Positions 40,733 through 50,952 of a DNA stretch of 64,000 bases are shown in pieces. Location: the NCBI GenBank assembly GCA_964534225.1, contig CAZHNW010000002.1, positions 20,581-84,580 on the forward strand. Direction: 5' to 3'. The DNA is from an uncultured Leptospirales bacterium. Its GTDB lineage: Bacteria; Spirochaetota; UBA4802; UBA5550. The notes under the pieces were generated by a model. That model was not told the origin of the DNA, ran no database searches, and was given only the letters and a program-made list of their open reading frames with translations. Both the position numbers and the translations under genes were made by a program. Every line of letters starts with the position of its first letter. Within the stretch, counting starts at the first letter, position 1.

Positions 40733-42187
40733 TCAGTACATACCCCCCACACCGATTTTAAAATTGAACTCGTGGTGGTCTTCATTGGGGTCGCCCAGCT
40801 CGATAATGACCTTCTGGTAGAAAAAGAGGTAGGGGAGGATCTGTTCATCAATGCGAAAGGAGAGCTCGTAGCCCAGGGCCCTGAAACCGCTGAAGGGATT
40901 GCCCTTGGTCCATTTGCCGATATCCATGCCGAACCACCCCTGGCCGTTGGGCAGGTATGAATAGGGATCGGTATTGGCAAGGTCCCTCAGGTAGAAGCGC
41001 TGGCGGTACTCGATGGCCATCTTCCATGCAAAACCGGTGTTGCTGCGGCTGATCTCTCCGAGGGAAACGCCGATGCCGATATCATAGACCCCGTAGTAGT
41101 TTGACTGGGGGGTGGTGTGGTCAAAGATATAGAAATCCTGTGCCTCGAAAAGGGTGTAATACTTGAGATGTTTTTTTACCGTGTAGGTGAACCTGAAGGT
41201 GAGCATGTCCGTATCAAGGGTGTACCCGGTGTTGCTCTTTCCGTCAAAGGGTATCAGGCGGGGATAGAACCGCAGTTTAAAGTTCATGTTTTTTTTCGTG
41301 TAGGCAAAGAGAAATCCCACCTTGAAGTCATATTCTTTAAGGTTCTGGCCGAAGTTGAAACTTCCCTCGTGGTGGTTGAAGAGAAAACCGATGCCCAGCA
41401 TGAAATTGCCCAGGTAGTACATGGACTCAAAGATTTCACGGTGTGTCAGGAGATTGGGGGAGAGACAGCCCAGCCAGGGGTTCTCCGCGATCATGACGAA
41501 TTCCCATGCCTTGATGGGGGTAAAGCTGACGTAAAAGGTCTCCATGATGTTGCCCATGGCACCGGGATCAGAGATGTAGCGGTAACCCTTGTCGCCGGAA
41601 AAATAATAGCCCGTGCGAATGGTATAATCAACCGTGCCGAGTACCCAGCGGTGGATTTCCTTTTTCTTTTTTTTCTTCTTTTTCGCGGCGGTTTCGGCAA
41701 CGATTTCACCTTTCTTTTTCAGGCGCAGTGCCCGTTCCTGTGCCAGTTTTTTGGCGTAGGCGTCGGTAAGCCACCTGGTGACCTTTTTATTGTTGGGATC
41801 GATTTTCAGGACATATTCGCCGGTTTTCACGGCATTAATATAGTTGCCAGACTTGTAGTAGAGAAAGCCGAGTTTTTCTCCTGTTATGACCTGCCGGGGG
41901 TTGCGGCGCAGTGCTTCTTCATAGTTTTTTATCGCCGCTTCGGTATTGCCCTGCAGCTCCTGGGCCCATCCCCTGTTGTGGTAGGTCATGGCGGAGTCTT
42001 TATCATAGGTCTTGATGGCCCGGTCAAATTCCTTGATAGCCTCGTCGTATTTTTTCTTTTTACCCAGCTCGACACCCATGCGGTTATATTTTTTCGGGTT
42101 CGCCGAGGCGAGGGGAAGTGTCAATGCCGGCAGCAGAATAATGGTGAGGGTAAGTGCTGCGCCTGTTTTATTCCATGGTGCTTTCAT
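40733..42187 (-). CDS. TPR-repeat protein fused to a C-terminal beta-barrel (outer-membrane protein candidate) with a poly-lysine linker
   Basis: Signal peptide. About 3 TPR units (YHNRGWAQELQGNTEAAIKNYEEALRRNP...). KKKKKKKK linker encoded around 41640-41670 including a T8 run. Tyrosine-rich C-terminal strands ending GVGGMY. Confidence 0.6.
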   Translation of the reverse strand: MKAPWNKTGAALTLTIILLPALTLPLASANPKKYNRMGVELGKKKKYDEAIKEFDRAIKTYDKDSAMTYHNRGWAQELQGNTEAAIKNYEEALRRNPRQVITGEKLGFLYYKSGNYINAVKTGEYVLKIDPNNKKVTRWLTDAYAKKLAQERALRLKKKGEIVAETAAKKKKKKKKEIHRWVLGTVDYTIRTGYYFSGDKGYRYISDPGAMGNIMETFYVSFTPIKAWEFVMIAENPWLGCLSPNLLTHREIFESMYYLGNFMLGIGFLFNHHEGSFNFGQNLKEYDFKVGFLFAYTKKNMNFKLRFYPRLIPFDGKSNTGYTLDTDMLTFRFTYTVKKHLKYYTLFEAQDFYIFDHTTPQSNYYGVYDIGIGVSLGEISRSNTGFAWKMAIEYRQRFYLRDLANTDPYSYLPNGQGWFGMDIGKWTKGNPFSGFRALGYELSFRIDEQILPYLFFYQKVIIELGDPNEDHHEFNFKIGVGGMY

Positions 42188-42583
42188 GCCTGTTCACGCT
42201 GTCCTTTTGTAGTGAGATCATCTTATCCTTTCTTTCGGTGGAGACAAGTATAATTTCACATTCACGCGAATTTGAGGGTCTCCTGAAGCCGGATGCTCAA
42301 AATACGCGGTAAAGCGGCCTTTTTCAGTTGCCCTTCTTCCCTGTATTGTATACAGTCATAGTATTTATGAAAAGCCGAAAAGGGCAAATTTTTCACCGCC
42401 TTTCCGTTTATCTTTTGTTCGATTCAGACTTTAAAAAGCAGGCGGGGGGAAGTAAAGGCGCACCGGCCATGAGACCCGGCACGGGGCGCGGTTTTTGTCA
42501 GGGGGAAGTCTCACCTGTCGCGGACAGGCAACCGGTTCGATCCATGCAGATTAATACCAGGTCAAAAAAAGGGAGGAAGAGTC

Positions 42584-43126
42584 ATGGCAGAAAGGGAAAA
42601 AATTTTAAAATACCTCCATGTAAAAAAGGGTGACATAACCCGCGAGGAAGTTGATGCCATTGTTAATGCCGCCAACCCGTCACTTCTCGGCGGGGGCGGG
42701 GTCGACGGAGCCATACACCGTGCCGCGGGGCCGGGGCTTCTCGATGAGTGCCGAACACTGGGGGGATGCCGGCACGGGGAAGCCCGCATTACTGCAGGCT
42801 ATAACCTTCCCGCCCGGCATGTCATTCATACGCCGGGGCCTGTCTACCGGGGGGGGCGTGAAGGCGAGGCGGATGTTTTACGCAGTTCCTATTATAATTC
42901 ACTTCTCCTGGCAAAGGAGTATGATCTTACATCGATTTCCTTCCCCGCCATATCAGCGGGAGTGTATGGCTATCCCCTTGAGGAGGCGTGCCGTATCGCC
43001 GTTGATACGGCAGTAGAATTTATGGAGAGAGAAAATTATTCTATTGATGTATATTATGTCCTTTTTGATAATGGCAATTATAGAATCTATGAAAACTACC
43101 TGAAACAGTTAAGAGAGGGGCAATGA
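42584..43126 (+). CDS. macro-domain protein (ADP-ribose/O-acetyl-ADP-ribose processing, YmdB-like)
   Basis: 180 aa. VDAIVNAAN and [14 protein letters not shown] motifs. G8 tract 42849-42856 inside the CDS. Confidence 0.85.
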   Translation: MAEREKILKYLHVKKGDITREEVDAIVNAANPSLLGGGGVDGAIHRAAGPGLLDECRTLGGCRHGEARITAGYNLPARHVIHTPGPVYRGGREGEADVLRSSYYNSLLLAKEYDLTSISFPAISAGVYGYPLEEACRIAVDTAVEFMERENYSIDVYYVLFDNGNYRIYENYLKQLREGQ

Positions 43127-43968
43127 ATTACCTTGAACAGTGTGTTGAAACTTCCCGCAAAACTAACAGTATTGTCTGTATGGGAATGGACCCGGTCCTC
43201 GCGGACATGCCCGTGGAGGGAACCCCGGGAGAGCAGATCTATACCTTTTACGAAACGCTGCTCAACGAGATTGTGAAGACCGGTATCTTCCCCGCGTCAG
43301 TGAAACCGAACTACGCTTTTTACGCCCAGTACGGCATCGAGGCCATTGAAGCGCTGGCAAAGCTGATCGCCCTTTATAAAAAAGAGGGGATCCCGGTGAT
43401 ACTCGATGTCAAGCGAGGGGACATCGGCAAGACAGCACGGGCCTATGCGGCCGAAGCCTTTGATTTTTTCGGCGCTGACGCGGTGACCCTTTCTCCCTAC
43501 CTGGGGTATGATTCCATTGAGCCCTTTGTAACGAATTACCCTGACCGTGGATTTTATATCCTGACCAAGACATCCAATAAAAGCAGCGGTGAACTGCAGG
43601 ATATCTCTTACCAGGGCTCTCCCCTCTATCTCTACATGGCCCGCAAGCTCGTTGACTGGTACCATCCCGGTATCGGTTCAGTCGTGGGGGCCACTTACCC
43701 GGAACAGCTCGAGGAGATCGCCGCGGTATTTTTTGAGGCAAACAAAGAAGTGCCCTTTTTGATTCCCGGTATTGGCAGCCAGGGGGGCGACCTGGAGGCG
43801 GTGATGAAGGTCCTGAACCAGTGCGGGGAACCGCGTATTCACCGCATCAACTCTTCGAGCGCCATAAACTTCGCCTGGAAAAAAAGCGAAGGCATGCCCT
43901 ATGAAAAGGCCGCTGTTGCGGCCCTGAAAAAACTGAACGATGAGATCGGCGCCCTCATGGAGGGCTGA
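43123..43968 (+). CDS. pyrF: orotidine 5'-phosphate decarboxylase, type 2
   Basis: 281 aa. Substrate-binding VCMGMDPV, catalytic lysine region [17 protein letters not shown]. Confidence 0.8.
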   Translation: MNYLEQCVETSRKTNSIVCMGMDPVLADMPVEGTPGEQIYTFYETLLNEIVKTGIFPASVKPNYAFYAQYGIEAIEALAKLIALYKKEGIPVILDVKRGDIGKTARAYAAEAFDFFGADAVTLSPYLGYDSIEPFVTNYPDRGFYILTKTSNKSSGELQDISYQGSPLYLYMARKLVDWYHPGIGSVVGATYPEQLEEIAAVFFEANKEVPFLIPGIGSQGGDLEAVMKVLNQCGEPRIHRINSSSAINFAWKKSEGMPYEKAAVAALKKLNDEIGALMEG

Positions 43969-43997
43969 TCTCATCCCGCAGCCTGAAAAAATTTTTG

Positions 43998-44768
43998 CTA
44001 CTCTACGGGATAGGCAATGAGAATTTTTTTCAGGCTGTCTTTTTTAAAGGTGAAATAGATCTGTACCGGCAGGGCGTCTGCCGTGTTGTAGATAAGGGTC
44101 TCTTTCTGTTTTTGTGCCGGTTCTCCCAGTTTTTTTATCAATGTTTTTTTACTCATTCCTGTTTTAATGCCGTATTTTAGGGGCAGGTCGTTGCCGGTAA
44201 TGATGATGCCCTGCATGATCTGTTTGTCCAGTTTTACGGCATGGTAGATTGTAAAGGTCACCCCGGGATAGGTCAGGGTATACTTTTTATCGGTAATGGA
44301 GGGGTCGTGAATGTTTTTGACTTCTTCGGTCTTGATTTTTGCTTTTGCCGGTATGTTTTTTTCCAGTGATTCTTTCACATCACTGGCGGTGGTCTGACGG
44401 TAGTATTTTTTTGCGAAAGGCGCCGTGGCAAAGATGCCGAGTCTGCTCATGTCATCCTGTTCCTGGGGGGCATAGTTTGCCAGCCAGGCGCTAAAGACCC
44501 ATCCCTCGTTTTTTCCATAGCGGACCCTGACCCAGGGAGCGGTTTTCCCGCCGATGACGGATATTTTGTTTGAATATTTCAGGATGCCCACCTTTGCCTT
44601 AAAGGGTATAACCGTTATCTTTTTTGCATCAATACCCGGGCCTGAACGAAGTACAAGGCCGTTGCGGGCCGTTACGGTGGTGGTTTCTTTAACTTCCTTT
44701 TTGCATGCATGAAAACTAAAGGAAAAAATAAGTGCCGCGCAGAGGGGCAGGATGATTGTTCGTGTCAT
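43998..44768 (-). CDS. hypothetical lipoprotein
   Basis: MTRTIILPLCAALIFSFSFHACKKE lipobox. No recognised domain. Confidence 0.45.
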   Translation of the reverse strand: MTRTIILPLCAALIFSFSFHACKKEVKETTTVTARNGLVLRSGPGIDAKKITVIPFKAKVGILKYSNKISVIGGKTAPWVRVRYGKNEGWVFSAWLANYAPQEQDDMSRLGIFATAPFAKKYYRQTTASDVKESLEKNIPAKAKIKTEEVKNIHDPSITDKKYTLTYPGVTFTIYHAVKLDKQIMQGIIITGNDLPLKYGIKTGMSKKTLIKKLGEPAQKQKETLIYNTADALPVQIYFTFKKDSLKKILIAYPVE

Positions 44769-45098
44769 GGGCTTTCTCCTGGCGATGAGTTTTTTCTATC
44801 ATGACAGAGATTGCCCGAAAAGGCAAACAGAATTCAGGAGGAACGTAATGACCCTGTTTAAACTGTTTAAAGTTATTTGATCTTGATTTGATCTGTGCAA
44901 CGAGACTGCTGTCGGGACTGGTGAAAAGAAGTAATCTGCCAAAAACAGGGGTATTTACCTTGACGAATAGTAAAAATTGTTGTTACTATATGGTCAGTTT
45001 TCTGTTTAATAAATAGAGCCATCGTTTTACGGGATGCCTGTTCAGGCAATGCCGGGAATAAGAGAAAAGTAAACTAACTATTAAAGGAGTATTTCGTT

Positions 45099-45641
45099 AT
45101 GGCAAAAAAAATCATGTTTCTTCTTTTTTCAGGTCTGCTTTCCTTTGCACTCATGGGATGCGAGTCCGATGATGATGGTGGAAGCGGCGCCCTTGGTGGT
45201 GGCGACAGCGCAATGGTCGGCGAGGTCTATACGGCAGTGGCCGCGGCAATGTCAACTGCTCAGAGCAGTAACAGGGGAACTGCGCCGAGTGGTGGTACTA
45301 TTGATTATGATGATCCGAACGGTTACTGGTCAGCAACCGGCACCTATTCCATAGATACGACAACAGGCGCCTCCTCCTATGATATCGATTTTACCTGGAA
45401 TGGGTATACTTCAGGGAATGTGACCCTGGTGAGCGGTACAGCTAATTGCACTTTGGATATATCCAGTGATTCATCAATGACCTATGCCTATGACGGTACA
45501 TTTGTTGTTCTGTATAATGACATTCAACATAACTTTTCATGGGACATAGATGTTACCTCAGATGGCAGTTCTTATTCAATTACCGGTGAATATACTGTCG
45601 ACGGGGCTACTTATAGCTATTCTAACAATATCAATTATTAG
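45099..45641 (+). CDS. hypothetical lipoprotein, S/T/G/D-rich
   Basis: Lipobox LMGCESDDDGGSG. Plausible sigma70 promoter upstream (TTGACG-18-TACTAT at about 44970-45000). Terminator hairpin follows. Confidence 0.45.
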   Translation: MAKKIMFLLFSGLLSFALMGCESDDDGGSGALGGGDSAMVGEVYTAVAAAMSTAQSSNRGTAPSGGTIDYDDPNGYWSATGTYSIDTTTGASSYDIDFTWNGYTSGNVTLVSGTANCTLDISSDSSMTYAYDGTFVVLYNDIQHNFSWDIDVTSDGSSYSITGEYTVDGATYSYSNNINY

Positions 45642-45656
45642 GATAGAACTCTCATC

Positions 45657-45694
45657 CATCACCGGCCCTGTGCCGGTGATGTGTATTTGTCTTT
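45657..45694 (+). terminator. rho-independent terminator
   Basis: Perfect 10-bp stem CATCACCGGC-cctgt-GCCGGTGATG followed by a T-rich tail. Confidence 0.5.
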
Positions 45695-45894
45695 AGAACT
45701 GTCGTGTTTTCCCTTAATTATTCTATCCTGTCTTATCTCAGATAAAAAAATTTTACATTACCTCTGTTCTGTTATTCGTATCGGCTGTGATCAGGCGATA
45801 TCATATGATTTGACAGGTTTTCATAAAGACCTTGACTTTGCTCCTTAATAGAATAACAGTTGCAAGAAATTTTCATGCTCTACCCGGGGTAAAA

Positions 45895-47127
45895 ATGAAT
45901 ACTAAAATAGATGCGTCTGAAGCCGCAAATGAAACAAGAAAATACAGTCTTGATAACCTCCGCAGTCTTATGATTGTTTTTGTCATATTTTTCCATGCGA
46001 GTCTTGCTTATTCAATAAGTCCTGAATGGTGGATGGTCAAGGAATCCGCGGGTTCTTTTTCTTTTGATCTTTTTATGGTGCTCTGTGATATCTTCATGAT
46101 GCCGGTATGTTTTTTTATCGCCGGCTCTTTTGCCCTTCCCTCTCTCAATGTTCATGGTTCTACGGGCTTTTTGCGGGGCAAGTTGAAACGCCTCGGTCTT
46201 CCCCTTCTTGCGGGTGTTTTTCTGATAAATCCCTTTACGCACTGGATTACGGTCAATCACCGGGGCCTGCATGGACCGGTCTATTCTTCTTTCAGTTCTT
46301 CATGGTTTGACTTCGTGAATAAAATGATTTCAGCGAACAGCGGTGTGGTAACAGAGTTTTACGGTTTCTCCTACCGGCATTTCTGGTTTGTCATTCTTCT
46401 TTTATATTTTTTTATGCTCCTCCTGGCAGTCAGGCCCTTTCTTCCCGGGCATTTTTTTAAAGAGAAGGCCCGTGACGAGTTTACCTCCCCGGTTCCGGCG
46501 GTTGCTCTTGCCTGCGGCATTTCTTTCCTGGGATTTGCGGCGTCTGCATTTTATACTGCCCCTGACAACTGGGCGCAGGCTGGTGCCTTTCTCATGTATC
46601 AGCCCAGCAGGCTTTTTCTTTATGGTGCGGTTTTTATTCTTGGAATATCTGCCTTTCGGGGGGGATGGTTCAGTAAAAGGGAGCAGGGAAAATCCCTGAA
46701 CTTCTGGTGTATCATCAATAGTGTCCTTCTTGTCATGACCCTGATATCAATGCAGTTTTACTATGTTACCTTCAGGGATTCATCAATAGCGATGGTGTTT
46801 CATGGTTTTGTGCGTACCCTGTTTGTCTATGCCCTGCTTATTCTTTTTGTGAAAGTTTTTTTGAAGTACGGTACGAAAACGGGAAAGATGCGGTCTTCAC
46901 TGGCGGCTTCTTCGTTTCATATGTATATTCTGCACTTCCCCCTGGTCCTGCTGTTGCAGAAATTTTTTCTCACTTTTGAAATGTCTTTCATAATTAAATT
47001 TTTTCTGGTGGGAACCGTTGCAGCAGTCATTTCGTGGGCAACGAGCCATTACCTGCTGCAGAGAGGTTTCAGGGTTACCCTCGCTACTGCCGGTGCAGTC
47101 TTTCTTGCTTTCTGGTTTTTTTTATAG
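45895..47127 (+). CDS. acyltransferase family 3 (OpgC/OafA-like) membrane protein
   Basis: ATG at 45895 preferred over the upstream TTG. Signature LDNLRSLMIVFVIFFHAS and about 10 TM helices. Confidence 0.75.
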   Translation: MNTKIDASEAANETRKYSLDNLRSLMIVFVIFFHASLAYSISPEWWMVKESAGSFSFDLFMVLCDIFMMPVCFFIAGSFALPSLNVHGSTGFLRGKLKRLGLPLLAGVFLINPFTHWITVNHRGLHGPVYSSFSSSWFDFVNKMISANSGVVTEFYGFSYRHFWFVILLLYFFMLLLAVRPFLPGHFFKEKARDEFTSPVPAVALACGISFLGFAASAFYTAPDNWAQAGAFLMYQPSRLFLYGAVFILGISAFRGGWFSKREQGKSLNFWCIINSVLLVMTLISMQFYYVTFRDSSIAMVFHGFVRTLFVYALLILFVKVFLKYGTKTGKMRSSLAASSFHMYILHFPLVLLLQKFFLTFEMSFIIKFFLVGTVAAVISWATSHYLLQRGFRVTLATAGAVFLAFWFFL

Positions 47128-47709
47128 ATCTTTTATTGCTACTGCCGCCCTGCCGGCAGTTTCAGTTTTACATGCCTCGGTAAATGGTTCCGCCCTTTCG
47201 GGGAGAATTTGAATTTTTATTATGATACCCTCAGCAGTATAGCTGATTGCTTCATCGGTGATGTTATATTTTTTCATCAGGGAAAAGATAATTCCCGTGT
47301 CATCATGACCGGCTGATATTTCAAGGGAAACTTTTTGGACTATAACCATAAAGGGGGCCTGCTGCAGTGCCCGTGCCGTCGTGCCCCCGTAGGCGCGGGC
47401 AAGTCCTCCGGTACCGAGCTTGATGCCGCCGAAGTACCGTGTGACGATTATGGCAATATTGTTCCAGGCGCCGGAATCAATGGCCCTGAAAATGGGCATT
47501 CCCGCGGTTCCGGCGGGTTCGCCATCGTCACTGAAACGGTACTTTTTATCTGCCTTCCAGGCCCAGCAGTTATGGCTCGCCGAAGGGAAGACATGTTTTT
47601 TCAGCAGTACAGGGAAATCGTCAGAATTTTCCAGGGGCAGGATGGTGACGATGAAACGGCTTTTTTTTATGATTTCCTCGTGGCGATATTTTTTTTCCGG
47701 TTTTTTCAT
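47122..47709 (-). CDS. IMPACT/YigZ-family protein (UPF0029)
   Basis: 195 aa. Conserved RFIVTILPLENSDD...SDDGEPAGTAGMPI...YFGGIKLGTGGLARAYG blocks. Confidence 0.75.
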   Translation of the reverse strand: MKKPEKKYRHEEIIKKSRFIVTILPLENSDDFPVLLKKHVFPSASHNCWAWKADKKYRFSDDGEPAGTAGMPIFRAIDSGAWNNIAIIVTRYFGGIKLGTGGLARAYGGTTARALQQAPFMVIVQKVSLEISAGHDDTGIIFSLMKKYNITDEAISYTAEGIIIKIQILPERAEPFTEACKTETAGRAAVAIKDL

Positions 47710-47839
47710 ATGCGGTCATTCAGTCATTAAATATTTTCTGTTGTTTTAACGGTTCTATCAGGTTAAAAAAAATGAGAATATTCTACAATAAATTATTCTT
47801 TACAGTTAAATTAAATTTTTGTGGGGTGTCCGGAATTGA

Positions 47840-48967
47840 ATGTATATTTACTACTGCGCTATGATGAAGACAATTTTAGATATTCGAATTCAACCGGTTG
47901 ATTTTTCTTCCCTTAATTTAAAGAGTGATCTTTTCCAGAGCGGTTTCTGGGGATACTTTAAATCATATCACGAGAAGGATGCCCTTGCCTTTGTGGTAAG
48001 GGCGGGAGGAACATCTTTTCCTCTTGTTTTAATACAACGCTGCGGTCCCGGAGGGGTGATCTATGCTTATTCGCCCCGGTCTCCCCAGATTCAACTGCCG
48101 GAAGAAAACCAGGGACCCTTTCTTGAAATCCTTGCATGGGAACTGAAAGATTATATTTCCCGGGAGACTGCATTTATTCGTTTTGATACCATATGGGATT
48201 CACCTTATGATGATAGGGATTCATATGTCGAAAAACAGTGGGATGGCCCTCCCCGTGATTCTCTCAGGGAAATACGCATGAATTATTTTACCAGGTCAAA
48301 GAACTTGAGAAAAGCTCGTACTGATATGATGCCTGCTGACACAGTAGTGCTTGATCTTGAGTGGGACGAAGAGGAACTGTTCATGGATATGCGGGCCAAT
48401 ACACGCAACTGTATCCGCAGGGCAGTGCGCAGGGGGGTTACTGTTGTCAATGCATCTCTCAGGTATCTTCCTGACTGGTATAACCTTTATGCAGACACTG
48501 CACAGAGAAAAGGATTTCCCTGTGTTGGCTATGAATACTTTGAGTCTCTTTTTTTTGCTGCTGATGATTATCGGGCTTTTGCCAATGATGAGAGGATCAC
48601 ACCTGAGTTTCATCTTCTTCTTGCCACCAGGGGAAAGGAGATTCTTTCCGGGATGATAATGGGTATATATGGCAATACCGCTTATTACCTGTTTGCAGGA
48701 TCATCACTTCACCGGGGGGACCATATGCCGAATTATCGTCTCCAGTGGGAAGCAATCAGGCTCGCCAGGCAGGAGGGGTGCCGGTGTTATGACCTTTTCG
48801 GGATTCCCCCTACTCAGGATGTTATGCACAGCCAGCATGGTCTCTTCACTTTCAAGACAGGGTTTGGGGGAAGTATATACCACCAGCGGGGCTGCTGGGA
48901 CTATCCCCTGAAACAGGATGAATACTATTACCACTGCAGCATGGAAGGGTTGATGGCCTGTTCCTGA
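47840..48967 (+). CDS. FemAB-family (peptidoglycan interpeptide-bridge aminoacyltransferase-like) protein
   Basis: 375 aa. C-terminal block GNTAYYLFAGSSLHRGDHMPNYRLQWEAIRLARQEGCRCYDLFGIPP typical of the FemAB/GNAT-like family. Confidence 0.6.
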   Translation: MYIYYCAMMKTILDIRIQPVDFSSLNLKSDLFQSGFWGYFKSYHEKDALAFVVRAGGTSFPLVLIQRCGPGGVIYAYSPRSPQIQLPEENQGPFLEILAWELKDYISRETAFIRFDTIWDSPYDDRDSYVEKQWDGPPRDSLREIRMNYFTRSKNLRKARTDMMPADTVVLDLEWDEEELFMDMRANTRNCIRRAVRRGVTVVNASLRYLPDWYNLYADTAQRKGFPCVGYEYFESLFFAADDYRAFANDERITPEFHLLLATRGKEILSGMIMGIYGNTAYYLFAGSSLHRGDHMPNYRLQWEAIRLARQEGCRCYDLFGIPPTQDVMHSQHGLFTFKTGFGGSIYHQRGCWDYPLKQDEYYYHCSMEGLMACS

Positions 48968-48999
48968 ATTGTTCGCGGGCTTTTGTTCCATTCATGTTT

Positions 49000-50097
49000 T
49001 TATTGCTTTTTCCTGAGAAAGAGTTCGCGGTAGCGGAAACTTCCCCCCCGCGCCTCTTCTCTTTGTGCCATCCATTCTTTTTCGTTCTCCGGAAGGGGAA
49101 GCATCTCTTCAGGATGGCGTTTTTCCATGCGTATCGCCCCGGTGGGACATGTAGTTGCACAGAGTCCGCAGCCGATACATTTTTTATTGATTATGGCCGT
49201 CTCTTCAATGTCAAGGGCATGTACCTGGCAGCGGTCGAGACAGATGCCGCAGGCGGTGCAGAGGGATTCATCGACAACGGCACGGTAATTGGAGGCAGCG
49301 GTGGCGTTCGGCTGGCCCAGCTCATTCATCCCGCGGAGGATACCGCAGCAGCAGCTGCAGCAGTTGCAGATGGCATAATGCCCTTTTTTGAAGTTGTTGG
49401 TCATATGCACCAGGCCCGCCTCTTCGGATTTTTTGAGAATGGCAAGGGCTTCTTCTTTTGTGATGGGGCGCCCCCAGAAATGGTCATCGAAAAAGTTTTC
49501 CACGGGTGCGATACCCATACAGACTTCTGTTGGTTTTGTACAGGGCTCTCCCAGGATGCCCTTTTCGGTCTTACAGATGCAGTCTCCCACGCCCCATGAT
49601 TTTGCGCTGCTTATAATTGTTGAAATGCTTTCATAGGGCTCGATGGCAGACCCGGGGGGTATTTCTTCTTCGATGGGGAGTACCTTTAAAAGCGAGGGTG
49701 TATGGCGGTAAAACTCTTTCCCGAAAGCGGTATTCATGTATCGTTCACACATCTCCACCAGCTCGCTGTCGAGGCGGTAGAGCTGCATCTCGTAGATTCC
49801 GAAGACAAAGGGAAACAGTTTATACAGTGAAACGGGACCGATTGTTGCCCCGAAGATGAGTCCACGTGCCTGCATGGCGGCAAGTTTTTCTTTCAGGAAG
49901 GCGGCATCAAGGCCGGTGCGTGCCGCGACCGCGTCAGGGGTTTCCCATTCGAGGGAGAGTTGCAGTGCCAGGGCCGCCTCTTCTTCAGTGAAGATTTTTT
50001 GAAGGATTTTCAGTTCAAGGCCGTCTTCTGTTGAGGGGAAACCATTGGGAATAGTATCGAGAAGGCTGCGCAGTTCTTTATATACAGTGCTTTTCAT
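49000..50097 (-). CDS. 4Fe-4S dicluster-domain iron-sulfur protein (COG2768-like)
   Basis: 365 aa. Multiple Cys clusters: CNCCSCCCG, CTACGICLDRC, CIGCGLCATTCP. Confidence 0.55.
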   Translation of the reverse strand: MKSTVYKELRSLLDTIPNGFPSTEDGLELKILQKIFTEEEAALALQLSLEWETPDAVAARTGLDAAFLKEKLAAMQARGLIFGATIGPVSLYKLFPFVFGIYEMQLYRLDSELVEMCERYMNTAFGKEFYRHTPSLLKVLPIEEEIPPGSAIEPYESISTIISSAKSWGVGDCICKTEKGILGEPCTKPTEVCMGIAPVENFFDDHFWGRPITKEEALAILKKSEEAGLVHMTNNFKKGHYAICNCCSCCCGILRGMNELGQPNATAASNYRAVVDESLCTACGICLDRCQVHALDIEETAIINKKCIGCGLCATTCPTGAIRMEKRHPEEMLPLPENEKEWMAQREEARGGSFRYRELFLRKKQ

Positions 50098-50461
50098 GGA
50101 ATACCTTCTGTTTAGTTATAGTTATACGCCTGATTGCAATTTTTTATCCCTGTTATTCGGTTTCGTCAAGGAGAAAAATAACAATGTTATGTTTTTGTGG
50201 CTTTTTTTTCCCGGCGGGATAATCATGGGGGTGGAATTTTTATATTAAGGCTGACCTGCTGTACCGGCTTCGGGAGAACAGGTGTATAAACTTCCCCGCA
50301 AAAAAATATTTTCTTTTTGGTTCTTTTTTAGTATATTCCCCCTGGTGTTTTTTGTCTACAAAAGGATAAAAGCCCTTATATGGCAGGAGTTAAATTATTT
50401 TCAGGGCCAAAATTTTCTTCCCTCGAAATAAAGAAGAAAATCTGGGCCTTCGAGGGAGAAG

Positions 50462-50920
50462 ATGATGAAAACAGTTACCATTCGTCACATGAATATTGAT
50501 GATCTTCCTGATGTTTTTCATCTTGGGGAATCTCTTTTTACTTTGAAGGAATATCCCACCCTCTACCGCACCTGGGATGAATACGAGGTGCTGAACTTTT
50601 ACATGACAGACCCGGAACTCTGTCTTGTGGCTGATGCAGGAGAAGGGTGTGCAGGTTTTTGTATCGGTACTATTATTGATAAGAGAAATTCTCCGCGCCG
50701 TTACGGGTACCTGGTCTGGTTTGGCATTGCCGATTCGATGCAGCGTAAGGGTGTGGGGGCCCTTCTATTCGAGACATTTAAAAAGCATCTTGAAGGCGCA
50801 GGGGTGACCATGATGCTGGTGGATACCTCTGCGGATAATGAGAAGGCCCTTTCTTTTTTTAAGTCCCGGGGATTCAGTTCTCCCCGGGACCATGTGTATC
50901 TTTCCCTTGCCATGGAATAA
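50462..50920 (+). CDS. GNAT-family N-acetyltransferase
   Basis: 152 aa. Acetyl-CoA binding motif QRKGVGALLFE. Confidence 0.75.
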   Translation: MMKTVTIRHMNIDDLPDVFHLGESLFTLKEYPTLYRTWDEYEVLNFYMTDPELCLVADAGEGCAGFCIGTIIDKRNSPRRYGYLVWFGIADSMQRKGVGALLFETFKKHLEGAGVTMMLVDTSADNEKALSFFKSRGFSSPRDHVYLSLAME

Positions 50921-50952
50921 GAGCATTATGTTTTCAGGGTATTAAAACACAC

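Noticed and set aside
42328-42633. 101-aa ORF upstream of the macro-domain gene
   Set aside because: R/G/K-rich low-complexity translation in a divergent promoter region. Overlaps the macro gene start.
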